A stretch of DNA of 64,000 nucleotides from contig NC_134035.1 of assembly GCF_964204645.1 (NCBI RefSeq), forward strand, positions 3,720,001-3,784,000. Direction: 5' to 3'. The DNA comes from Tubulanus polymorphus (Eukaryota > Animalia > Nemertea). Positions 24,459 through 37,100 of this stretch are shown in pieces (position 1 is the stretch's first letter; each line of letters begins with the position of its first letter). A model generated the notes under the pieces. That model did not search any database. It had not been told where the DNA came from and saw nothing but the letters and a program-made list of their open reading frames with translations. The position numbers were made by a program, and so were the translations under genes.

Positions 24459-27092
24459 CTGAGGATATTGAAAATGAAATATCATGTATGAATTTTTATC
24501 TTTTTTACCAATATCAAAATTCGTACATTTAGAATCATCGCGGCTTTAAAGTCTTTATCAATTGAGGGAATAGTTCACTGTAAATAAAGAATTAGCGATT
24601 GAATTGAGCCCGCTCCACAGTAAAATAGCGCGATTAATTCAATCTCGACCGTCTAGTGCTGCTGCTACGTATAACGATAGCGTGGAAAATGTGAACTAAC
24701 ATAATACTCGCTTGCCAGAGTCTTCGAACGGCAGGAGTGGACGAACTAATTACCGATTTGCGGGCCGGATTCCGAGGAAAATTCTCAAACTCTGAAAACT
24801 GCTCTGAAACGTTCGAACCAAACAATTTTTCTATAAGAGAATGAGCCTTAAAAGAGTTAATTTGAATCGGGGTATTTCTAGTATGGTCTGGGAGAGAGCG
24901 ACAGGTGTTTGTATGTTCCCTGATTATTTGCGTGCAAATAGACTATAATCGAAGAAAAAATATGGACATTTTGTCAATTCTGATGATAAATTGTCATTAA
25001 AAAATGAAAATGAATAATTTATTCTGTATACAAATACTATATTGATTGATAAGTAAGTGAATTTTAGCTAAAAAAAATTAAATATGTTACCTAAAAATAA
25101 GGAAATATCATACAAAATTCAGAACGTATTCATAGTATCATATTTAATCAGAATTAGACGACACACTGGTCTGTATTGTACGTAATAAGGACATTTAAAT
25201 TCCGGCGGTAAATATGCGCTACTATTTTAGTTCACAGAAATTCCGCTATCGTTATTCATAGGGGCAGCACTGTACGGTAAATATCTAACTCAGCCTCGCA
25301 ATCTTACTGTGGCATGCGAGCAATACAGATATTTTTCTTAGCCGAATTTCGTTGATTATCTAATACGATTCCATTGTATATGAATAATTCGACTATCGTT
25401 TAAGGTTTTTAGAAGGGGATTCTCTTTCTAAAACGAATTTCAAACCGTTTGTGATAGAACTCTTTTGTCTGCGGAATGTATTAGCATCCAGTAAAGCGCT
25501 AAGCTCACATGCCAAAGGAAGAATTTCAAGCAAATTTAATTTTATTCTCTAAAATAGTGCATTCAACTACCACTAACACTGTAACCAGAAATAATGCTCG
25601 GAAGCTATTAAAGAAGAGTAAATTTGAAGTCAAGTTCTCCCAATATTTGTTCGTTTGTTTGTTTATCCTCCCGGTGAGTTCTAACACTGCCAACACATAT
25701 TTATCCAGTTCATCTGATCCTGATCATCAAACTCAAAAAGTCAATAATTCCATCCTAATGATGAGAAACATCCTAAAAGATATAAATGAAACTTAATAGA
25801 TTTGAGGCCACCGAACAGTTATACACAGTGTAAGAGTGTCTAGTTACCGGTATATCAGAGAAATGGCAATCTAAGGTAGGCTACTCCCCAAAATGAGTGT
25901 CAGGGGTCAAATATTTTTTGTCTCCGATTTGATGAAATTCCGGTTAGACTTGTATTCTGGGGTGCTGATCACAAATCTGAACGAATTTTTAGGATCCGAG
26001 GCCCAGAAAATGAGAAATTCGAATTTTTTGGGGGACCCCCCTATATTTTCAAAAGGCCTTTGACCCCAGAGTTTTCGAGATATTCAAAATCTGATTGCAG
26101 ATTTGGAATCAGCACCCCTGACAATATAAATGACTGAAATTTCAAGCAAATCGAAGAGTTTCGATTTTTTGGCAAAAAATGGCAAAAATCTAAGGTGTTA
26201 GTCCAGGAGTTTTTTTTCGGCGAAAACTTTTTTTCTCTGATTCCTTCGAAATTTGGTAGGAATATGTATTCTGAGGTGTAGATTCCGGATCCGCAATCAG
26301 ATTTTGAATCGGAATTCATCTTCATGGGCAAATAAGGGTTTTAATGCCCAAAATATGCACCCCAAAAATGGGGTACAAAGTCAAAATATTTTTTTGGCCC
26401 AATTTTAATAAAATTTAGTGCAGACATGTTTTTTGGGGTGCTGGTTACAAATATGAGGTTAGATTTAGGATCCGAGGCTCCTAAAATGAGATATTCAGGA
26501 TTTTGTGTTTTGACCCCCTTAATTTCGTCACAAATTTTGATGAAATTCGCCCGCGAAATTCGGTCCAAAAACGATTTTTATTCAATGATGTCAAATATTC
26601 AATTAATTTTTAAGGTAGAAATTGATGCTCTTACTAAAAACCCTGAATTATAATTCCCGCAACACAATTACAGGCTGCTTCAAATAACCACATTGACAAT
26701 TCTTATGAAATGCAGTAAACAGTGTTTACAGATAAACTGCTTTCTCATAATTGTTTGGGAAACTTTTAAGAAATTCTACTCACACTCACCAGCCCTTGTC
26801 TAGCAGTAATGGTAGTCCACCGAATCCCACAAATCCACATACAGAGTTCAACACCTCCTGGAGTCCACCACTGACTGTTTTTTATGAGTATCAATCTAGA
26901 TGGTCCTAAATGGACTAAATGGTCCGGTTAGTTCACATATAGTCGGGTTAGTTCACTAGTAGTCCGGAAGAAGTTGACTGAAGAAGTAAAACTGTGATAA
27001 ATTTCAGTTGATGTCCACCACGTCCAGCATTCGTGATGAAGTTTACACCACTGCCCGACAGAGGAAAACCTGAAAAATAAAATTGAAATCAC

Positions 27093-27954
27093 TTTTTTTT
27101 TTTTAATCTTAAAATAGGGATTGTCCCCATTATTTATTTATTTGGCTGGTAAATTTTGTTTGATTTTTCGATTGAGTGTCCCTTACAGACCCACCACACC
27201 TGCCGGGAGCGAAACAGGGGGTTTGATTTTGAAATCGGAAATCGAAGTACAGATATAGATGTGTGATCGGCGGTCGAGTAAACAGAATATTTTAAAATCG
27301 AAGTACATAATTGGAAATTCGGTTCCGGTTCATCCAAACAATCTTCCATTCAGTCTGAACCGGCAAGCGACTGATTGGGATGAATTTTTCTGGCTGCCTA
27401 ATTTAATACAATGAGATTCTGGAAATAGCTATATTACAAGATCATTTTGTCCATTTTTATATTTTTTTGGTCGTTTTCTACGTGTAAATAGTCCGATAGT
27501 TTAGTGTGGTTTTTTTCCTCGGGTAGATGTTGATGTAGAAGTCCTCTAAATAGATGATTCCGCGTGTTGACTAGATAGGAAGAAAGCACATTTCCAAACG
27601 CAAATTTTCCAGATGAGAGTATGGCCCTGGGGTATCCGAAGTGTAGTTGTATGACATCGACGGTGCAGCTCCAATGAGGATGGGTTTCTCCGTCAAGGGG
27701 TGCGCAGTTGGTACTTCACATCTGGTGCTGAATTTGCCTAAAAGTATAAGTTTTACACTGGGAGCAGTTATGTGTTTTTAATATACAGTGAGTTAGGTCC
27801 GTGAATGTATCGCAATCAAACGTCAAACGGACAGTGCTATGCGTATTGATAGAACGTCAGTAAGAAAGCGGCACAGACACGTGAATATTGAATACATGTT
27901 TGTACACTTACATATATACAGTCTTGATCGGGTTTTATTTACATTGTCACGATT
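27093..27954 (-). mobile_element. Poly(A)-tailed non-LTR retro-insertion with a 13-bp target-site duplication
   Basis: aaattgaaatcac at 27080-27092 and 27955-27967; T12 tract next to the left copy; the site is uninterrupted in the other two tandem units. Confidence 0.85.
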
Positions 27955-30900
27955 AAATTGAAATCACATTAACAGGGAGACTGACTGCAAGAAGTTGGGG
28001 GAGGATGGGGTGAGAGGTTGGGGGAGGATGGGGTGAGAGGTTGAGGGAGGATGGGGTGAGAGGTTGGGGACAATGGGATGATGAGGTTGGGTGAGGTTGA
28101 GGGAGGATGGGGTGAGAGGTTGAGGGAGGATGGGGTGAGAGGTTGAGGGAGGATGGGTGAAAAGGGGAGCAAAACAGTACAATTACTCTGACATAGTAGC
28201 CTAAAGGCTTCAGCAAAGGTTTTCAGCAGTTTTCAGTCCCCTGGTCACACTGGTTTAACAGATTCTCGTTTTTCACAAGAGCCCAGCCTGTGGCCGGGAG
28301 AAAGCCATTGTAACTAACTGGTCGAGTCAGGGCCTGGCCGGCCTCACTAAGTGTGTCGTGACGTGTTTGCGAAGTCAATTGGCGTGAGGTCTCCCTGTGG
28401 CTGTGCGTCCCGGGCCCTGAGCCCGTGAGGACATAAAATATGATGAATTCTTATCATTTTACCCAATTCAAAAGTCGTACATTTAAAATCATCGTGGCTT
28501 TAAAGTCTTTATCAATTGAGAGAATAGTTCACTGTAAATAAAGAATTAGCGATTGAATTGAGCCCGCTCCACAGTAAAAATAGCGCGGTCAATTCAATCT
28601 CGACCGTCTAGTGCTGCCCCTATGTATAACGATAGCGTGGAAAACGTGAACTAACATAATACTCGCTTGCCAGAGTCTTCGAACGGCCGTAGTGGACGAA
28701 CTAATTACCGATTTGCGGGCCGGATTCCGAGCAAAATTCTCAAACTCTAAAAATGCTCTGAAACGTTTGAACCAAACAATTTCTCAATAAAAGAAAAGCC
28801 TTGAGAGAGTAAATTTGAATCGGGGTATTTCTAGTATTGTCTGGGAGAGAGCGACAGGTGTTTGTATGTTCCCTGATTATTTGCGCGCAATTAGAATATC
28901 TCGAAGAAAGAATATGGACATTTTGTCAATTCAGATAATAAATTATCATTCAAAAATGTAAATGAATAAGTTATTCTGTATATAAATACTATATTAATTG
29001 ATAAGTAAGTGAATTTTAGCTATAAAGTTTTAAATATGTTACCTGAAAAATAAGGCAATATCATACAAAATTCAGAACGTATTCATAGTATCATATTCAA
29101 TCAGAATTAGGCGCCACACTGGTCCGTATTGTATGTAATAAAGACATTTAATTACCGGCGGTAAATATGCGCCACTATTTTAGTTCACAAAAATTCCGCT
29201 ATCGTAATTCATAGGGGCAGCACTGTACGGTAGATATCTAACTCAGCCTCGCTATCATACTGTGGCATGCGAGTAATAAAGATATTTTTCTTAGCTGAAT
29301 TACGTTCAATGTTTAATACGATTCCATTGTTTATGAATAATTAGACTATCTTTTAAGGTTTTTCGAAGGGGAACATCTTTTTAAAACGAATTTCAAAATA
29401 TTTTTGATAGAACTCTTTTGTCAGCGGAATGAGTTAGCATCCGAGGCTCACATGCCAAAGGAAGAATTTCAAGCAAATTAAATTTTATTCTCTAAAATAG
29501 TGCATTCAACTATTAATAACACTGTAACCAGAAAAAAATGCTCTGAAACTATTAAAGAAACAATTTTCTATGACAGAATTAGGCTTAAGAGTGAATTTGA
29601 ATCGGGGATATTCCTAGTTTCGTCTGGGAGAGAACGACAGGTTCTAGATGCCACGAGGAGTTTTTTTTTCTGTTGCCCCAGTTCAAACATAGCCAATCGG
29701 TAGTGTCACAATTTAGTCCTCGTGGACATAAAGTTCACTATAACTGAAGTCAAGTTCTCCCAATATGTGTTCGTTTGTTTGTTTATCCTCTCGGTGAGTT
29801 TTAACGCTGCCAACACATATTTATCCAGTCATCTGATGAGTCCTGATCAACAAACAGAAACAATAATATATACATGTAGTTCCTAATGATGACAAACATC
29901 CTAATAAAATACATGAAATTTTATAGATTTGAGGCCACCAGTCAAACATACAGAGTTAGAGTAAAGTCTAGTTACCGGTGTATCCGAGAAATGGCAATCT
30001 AAGGTAGGCTACTCCACAAAATGAGTGTCGGGGTCAAATTTTTTTTTGTCTCAGATTTCGATGAAATTCAGTATAGACATGTAGTCTTGGGTGCTGATTA
30101 CAAATCTGAAAGAATTTTTCGGATCTGAGGCCCAGAAAATGAGAAATTCGAATTTTTGGGGGACCCCCTAAATTTTCAAAAGGCCTTGGACCCCAGAGTT
30201 TTTGAGATATTCAAAATCTAATTGTAGATTTGGAATCAGCACCCCTAAAAATATAGAGGACTAAAATTTAAGGCAAATCGAAGAGATTCGATTTTTTGGC
30301 TAAAAATGGCAAAAATCTAAGGTGTAAGTCCAGGAGTTTTTTTTCGGCAAAAAATCTTTTTTCTCTGATTCCTTCGAAAATTAGTAGGAATATGTATTCT
30401 GAGGTGTAGATTCCGGATCCGCAATCAGATTTTGAATCGGAATTCATCTTCATGAGCAAATAAGCGTTTTAATGCCCAAAATATGCACCCCAAATATGGG
30501 GTACAAAGTCAAAATTTTTTTTTGGCCCAATTTTAATGAAATTTTGTGCAGACATGTATTTTGGGGTGCTGATTACAAATATGAGTTTAGATTTCGGATC
30601 CAAAGCTCGTAAAATGAGATATTCAGGATTCCGTGTTTCGACCCCTTTAATTTCGTCACAAATTTTGATGAAATTCGCCCGCGAAATTCGGTCCAAAAAC
30701 GATTTTTATTCATTGATGTCAAATATTCAATTAATTTTTAAGGTAGAAATTGATGCTCTTACTAAAACCCTGAATTATAATTCCTGCAACACAATTACGA
30801 GCTGCACAAATAACCCCATTGAAAATTCTTATGAAATGCAGTGTAAACAGTGTTTACAGATAAACTGCTTTCTCATAATTGTTTTGGATACTAATAAGAA

Positions 30901-32848
30901 TTTCCACTCACACATTCACTATTCCTTGTCTAGCAGTAATGGTAGTCCACCGAGTTCCACAAATCCACATACCGAGTTCCACACCTCCTGGAGTCCACCA
31001 CTGACTATTTTTTTATTAGTATCAATCCACTTATAGTCCGGTTAGTTGACTACATAGTCCAGTTAGTTCACATTTAGTCTGGATAGTTCACTAGTAGTGC
31101 GGAAGAAGTTGACTGAAGAAGTAAAACTGTGATAAATTTCAGTTGAAGTCCACCACGTCCAGTATTCGTGATGAAGTTTACACGACAGCCCGACAGAGGA
31201 AAACCTGAAATACTAAAATTGAAATCACATTAACAGGGACACTGACTGAGAGGTTGGGGGAGGATGGGATGAGAGGTTGGGGAAAATGGGGTGATGAGGT
31301 TGGGGGAGGATGAGGTGAGAGGTTGGGGTGAGGTTGAGGAAGGGGTGAGAGGTTAATAGACGATGGGCGAAAAGGGAAGCAAAACAGTACAATTACTCTG
31401 ACAAAATAAAGGTTAAAGCAAAAGTTTTCAGCAGTTTTCAGTCATACTGGATAAACAGATTCTCGTTTTACACAAGAGCCCAGCCTGTGGCAGTGGGAGA
31501 AAGCCATCGTAGACGTAACTAACTAACTGGTCGAGTCACTGTGTCGTAACGTGTCTGCGAAGTCAACTGGAGTGAGGTCCCCCTGTGCGTCCCTGATGAC
31601 ATGAAATATCATGAATTCTTATCTTTTTACCCAATATCAAAATTCGTACATTTAACATCATCGTGGCTTTAAAGTCTTTATCAATTGTGAGGGAATAGTT
31701 CGCTGTAAATAAAGAATTAGCGATTGAATTGAGCCCGCTCCACAGTAAAAATAGCGCGATCAATTCAATCTCGACCGTCTAGTGCTGCCCCTATGTATAA
31801 CGATAGCGTGGAAAACGTGAACTAACATAATACTCGCTTGCCAGAGTCTTCGAACGGCCGTAGTGGACGAAATAATTACCGATTTGCAGGCCGGATTCCG
31901 AGGAAAATTCTTAAACTCTGGAAACTGCCCTGAAACGTTTGAACCAAACAATTTTTCTATAAAAGAATAAGCCTTGAAAGAGTAAATTTGAATGGGGGTA
32001 TTTCTAGTATGGTCTTGGAGAGAGCGACAGGTGTTTGTATGTTCCCTGATTATTTGCGCGCAATGAGAATATCGAAGAAAAAATATGGACATTTTGTCAA
32101 TTCAGATGATAAATTATCATTCAAAAATGTAAATGAATAAGTTATTCTGTATATAAATACTACATTAATTGCTAAGTAAGTGAATTTCATGAGAGTTAAC
32201 ATTTTCTTTGATATTTTGCTTAATTTCTCCGATGAAATATGAGAAGTTCAATTTGAAGCATCTCCAATGTTTTCTTATTTTACTCGAGTTTAGAAATTAG
32301 ATAGTTTGAAATTTCTTGACAGTTTGAAAATTGTTATCAAACCCATAAACTCAATTTAATTATATTTCTTGAGGGGTCACCGGCGACATAGGTTTTCAAG
32401 CAGTGATTTTGTATTGAATGGCTCATCAGAATAGGAAACTGACCTATTGCAACTTAATACGCGAAAGTGAAAGCAAAAACGAACCCAAAATTTTGATTGT
32501 AACGGGCGTAACATACTCTCTACCGGGCGATTCTAGTTAGTATATCAGGTTTACAGATTACACTTACTACCCCGGAATCAGTGCGGTGTATTTCGGTCGA
32601 AATGAATGCGCCAGAAGAGAATTCCAGAATCGGTATAGAGGGCGCAATCAAAACCCGCCACGTCGTATCGTTTCGCAAATCTGGATGCAACGAACTAAGT
32701 GAACGAGTTCATAGGCTGATTGGTTTACATGAACCGGGATTGAAAAGAAAATTCCACACAATCGACCGATTATCCAAGTGGCTGCCCTGTAAAATGAAAA
32801 GGTTTCACTTACATGGTTTTTTTTTTTGTTGGGCTACACACGACGCTA

Positions 32849-33033
32849 GAAAATCTGCCGCTTTGATTGGAAATCGAATCAATGGAATGATCTAAGGAAC
32901 TGACACATTCTGTTCCCGCAAACGGACTCATTTCGCAGTAAAAAAGTTGACAGCTTGCATCGAACCGGGTTGCAGAAGCATTTTGTTTAGATCATTCGAT
33001 TGATTCGATTTCCAATCAAAGCGGCAGATTTTC
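32849..33033. mobile_element. MITE with ~47-bp near-perfect TIRs
   Basis: gaaaatctgccgctttgattggaaatcgaatcaatggaatgatctaa … ttagatcattcgattgattcgatttccaatcaaagcggcagattttc. Confidence 0.8.
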
Positions 33034-33650
33034 ATCGCAGCTGCACCTGTTAGCTTTTGTGAAATACATCGAAGATAGACCTAGTATTTCTTGTGCGATA
33101 TGCGGGATTATGGATCATGTGTTAGTATTTCAGAGGCCTGTAGATTCCCCGTTGTTCACAGGATTATTTGTCTGTCGATCGATATGTCAGTTTTTCAGAG
33201 GCGTCGTTCGCCTATTTCCGTGTGAAATATTAAAGATGTCAAAGATTAAATGTATATCTGTTGGAATCAATAAAACTAATAATTACACGGATGAGATGCA
33301 TATGTGAAAATGTGGAGAAAAAAAAACGTGAACATTTCTGAATAGTAAATTTTTGTGTGAAAGACGTGAACATTTTGGAAAACATGTGAAACTTTTTAAA
33401 AAAAGATTTATGTAGTTTTTGTAGGCTGTATATATATTGTCCTTTTATCTCCGGATTCTGCTTTAAGAGTAAATGTATATATGTTCATTGTCTAGTATCC
33501 GTCATTGATTGGTATGTACCATAAAAATTGGTCTTCCAATAGGAAAACTAGATGAATCACGCGTCTGAATAAATTCTGATTAGTCTTTAGTTATGATAAG
33601 ATTTTGATTGAATTTGAATAGAAATCCGGCGTCAATGTCGTACTGTACGC

Positions 33651-33666
33651 TAGCGACACCTGGCGA
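33651..33666 (-). promoter_or_regulatory. CTCF-like motif (another at about 9526-9541, + strand)
   Basis: Reverse complement tcgccaggtgtcgcta resembles the CTCF core CCGCCAGGTGGCGCTA; motif match only. Confidence 0.3.
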
Positions 33667-33859
33667 ATCATGGTGGAATTTCGCTTGGAATTAAAGTAAA
33701 AAAAACCGACAAAATCACTGCATAGGCATCATGATAACAACATTCGAATTTGCTAGGTTATTTTTCCAAATAATATGGTCGAAATCGAATCATGAAACAG
33801 TTTCCGGAACCGGTTTTATCTTTGAACTCGTATCGATTCTTATTTTATTTCATTTATAG

Positions 33860-33984
33860 AATAGTTGTACGTTATTCTGTCTGGTCGTTTTCACTGCCGC
33901 TGACTACGCTCCCGGTCCGCCGGTGAAGTGTATAGCTCCCACGGCTAGCACGCACGAATTCATGAAATGGATGGACCAGATTTT
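33860..33984 (+). CDS. MED25: MED25 VWA-domain exon (125 nt)
   Basis: ttatag|…|gtacgt; translates NSCTLFCLVVFTAADYAPGPPVKCIAPTASTHEFMKWMDQIL, matching the MED25 segment [37 protein letters not shown] recalled from vertebrates. Confidence 0.93.
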
Positions 33985-34056
33985 GTACGTATTTTGCGAA
34001 AATTCAACTCCGTAAGCCGAGCACATTCGGAATAAACTGTTGTATCTAATTAACAG

Positions 34057-34155
34057 ATTTATAGGCGGTGGTGGAGAGGCTTGTAGTAATGTGGCTGAAG
34101 GTTTGAGTACGGCCTGTCAAGTATTTGATGACCTGCAAGAACTCAGAAAATCCAT
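34057..34155 (+). CDS. MED25: MED25 VWA-domain exon (99 nt)
   Basis: taacag|…|gtaagt; translates FIGGGGEACSNVAEGLSTACQVFDDLQELRKS, matching the conserved MED25 motif [25 protein letters not shown]. A 72-nt phase-2 intron separates it from the previous exon. Confidence 0.95.
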
Positions 34156-34163
34156 GTAAGTTT

Positions 34164-37100
34164 CCCTAGCCTATATCTGTAACTGTATATCCGTCATCTC
34201 TATCTGGAGAGAAGTGATATTGGTATTATTACCCCTAGCCTATATCTGTAACTGTGTATCAGTCATCTCTCCCTGGAGAGAAGTGATATTGGTATTATCC
34301 CCCCTAGCCTATATCTGTAACTGTATATCAGTCATCCCTACCTAGAGAGAAGTGAGATTGGTATTATCACCCCTAGCCTATATCTGTTACTGTGTATCAG
34401 TCATCTCTCCTTGGAGAGAAGTTACATTGGTATTATGACCCCTAGCCTTTATCTGTAACTGTATATCAGTCATCTCTACCTGGAGGGAAGTGATATTGGT
34501 ATCATTACCCCTAGCCTATATCTGTAACTGTGTATCAGTCATCTCTCCCTAGAGAGAAGTGAGATTGGTATTGTCACCCCTAGCCTATATCTGTTACTGT
34601 GTATCAGTCATCTCTCTCTGCTGAGAAGTGATATTGGTATTATCACCCCTAGCCTATATCTTTAACTGTGTATCAGTCATCTCTACCTGGAGAGAAGTGA
34701 TATTGGTATTATCACCCCTAGCCTATATCTGTTACTGTGTATCAGTCATCTCTCCCTAGAGAGAAGTGAGATTGGTATTATTACCCCTAGCCTATATCTG
34801 TTACTGTGTATCAGTCATCTCTCCCTAGAGAGAAGTGAGATTGGTATTATCACCCCTAGCCTATATCTGTAACTGTATATCAGTCATCTCTACCTGGAGA
34901 GAAGTGATATTGGTATCATTACCCCTTGCCTATATCTGTTACTGTGTATCAGTCATCTCTCCCTAGAGAGAAGTGAGATTGGTATTGTCACCCCTAGCCT
35001 ATATCTGTAACTGTATATCAGTCATCTCTACCTGGAGAGAAGTGATATTGGTATTATAACCCCTAGCCTATATCTGTTACTGTGTATCAGTCATCTCTCT
35101 CTGCTGAGAAGTGATATTGGTATTATCACCCCTAGCTTATATCTGTAACTGTGTATCAGTCATCTCTACCTGGAGAGAAGTGATATTGGTATTATCACCC
35201 CTAGCCTATATCTGTTACTGTGTATCAGTCATCTCTCCCTAGAGAGAAGTGAGATTGGTATTATCACCCCTAGCCTATATCTGTTACTGTATATCAGTCA
35301 TCTCTACCTAGAGAGAAGTTAGATTGGTATTATCACCCCTAGCCTATATCTGTTACTGTGTATCAGTCATCTCTCCCTAGAGAGAAGTGAGATTGGTATT
35401 ATGACCCCTAGCCTTTATCTGTAACTGTATATCAGTCATCTCTACCTGGAGGGAAGTGATATTGGTATCATTACCCCTAGCCTATATCTGTAACTGTGTA
35501 TCAGTCATCTCTCCCTAGAGAGAAGTGAGATTGGTATTGTCACCCCTAGCCTATATCTGTAACTGTGTATCAGTCATCTCTCCCTAGAGAGAAGTGAGAT
35601 TGGTATTGTCACCCCTAGCCTATATCTGTTACTGTGTATCAGTCATCTCTCCCTAGAGAGAAGTGATATTGGTATTATCACCCCTAGCCTATATCTGTAA
35701 CTGTATATCAGTCATCTCTCTCTGCTGAGAAGTGAGATTGGTATTATTACCCCTAGCCTATATCTGTAACTGTATATCAGTCATCTCTCTCTGCTGAGAA
35801 GTGAGATTGGTATTATTACCCCTAGCCTATATCTGTAACTGTATATCAGTCATCTCTCTCTGCTGAGAAGTGAGATTGGTATTATTACCCCTAGCCTATA
35901 TCTGTAACTATATATCAGTCATCTCTCCTTGGAGAGAAGTGACATTGGTATTATGACCCCTAGCCTTTATCTGTAACTGTATATCAGTCATCTCTACCTG
36001 GAGAGAAGTGACATTTGTATTATGACCCCTAGCCTTTATCTGTAACTGTGTATCAGTCATCTCTACCTGTAGGGAAGTGATATTGGTATCATTCCCCCTA
36101 GCCTATATCTGTAACTGTATATCAGTCATCTCTACCTGGAGAGAAGTGATATTGGTATTATTACCCCTAACCTATATCTGTAACTGTGTATCAGTCATCT
36201 CTACCTGGAGAGAAGTGATATTGGTATCATTACCCCTAGCCTTTATCTGTAACTGTGTATCAGTCATCTCTACCTGGAGGGAAGTGATATTTGTATCATT
36301 ACCCCTAGCCTTTATCTGATCTGTATCTGTGTATCAGTCATCTCTCCCTAGAGAGAAGTGAGATTGGTATCATTACCCTTAGTCTATATCTGTAACTGTG
36401 TATCAGTCATCTCTACCAGGAGAGAGGTGATATAGGTATTATCACCCCTAGCCTATATCTGTAACTGTGTATCAGTCATCTCTACCTGGAGAGAAGTGAT
36501 ATTGGTATTATCACCCCTAGCCTATATCTGTAACTGTGTATCAGTCATCTCTCCCTGGAGAGAAGTGATATTAATATTATTACCCCTAGTCTATATCTGT
36601 AACTGTGTATCAGTCATCTCTACCTGGAGAGAAGTGATATTGGTATTATCACCCCTAGACTATATCTGTAACTGTGTATCAGTCATCTCTACCTGGAGAG
36701 AAGTGATATTGGTATTATCACCCCTAGCCTATATCTGTAATTGTGTATCAGTCATCTCTACCTGGAGAGAAGTGATATTAATATTATTACCCCTAGACTA
36801 TATCTGTAACTGTGTATCAGTCATCTCTCCCTAGAGAGAAGTGATATTGGTATTATCACCCCTAGCCTATATCTGTAACTGTGTATCAGTCATCTCTACC
36901 TGGAGAGAAGTGATATTAATATTATTACCCCTAGACTATATCTGTAACTGTGTATCAGTCATCTCTACCTGGAGAGAAGTGATATTGATATTATCACCAC
37001 TAGTCTATATCTGTTACTGTGTATCAGTCATCTCTCCCTAGAGAGAAGTGATATTGGTATTATAACCCCTAGCCTATATCTGTAACTGTGTATCAGTCAT

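Larger units (their letters stand above)
21765..32187. repeat. Three diverged tandem copies of a ~3-4 kb composite unit (about 21765-25620, 25625-29635, 29640-32187); partial copies at about 6938-7685 and 8010-8500
   Basis: Landmarks recur in order: gaagtcaagttctc…, aaatgagtgtcaggggtcaaa…, ggagtccaccactgact, G-rich tract, acaagagcccagcctgtgg, gaattgagcccgctccacag. Confidence 0.92.

Noticed and set aside
29831-29870. Hammerhead core ctgatgag…gaaac
   Set aside because: No pairable stem II, and homologous positions in the other units lack the core.
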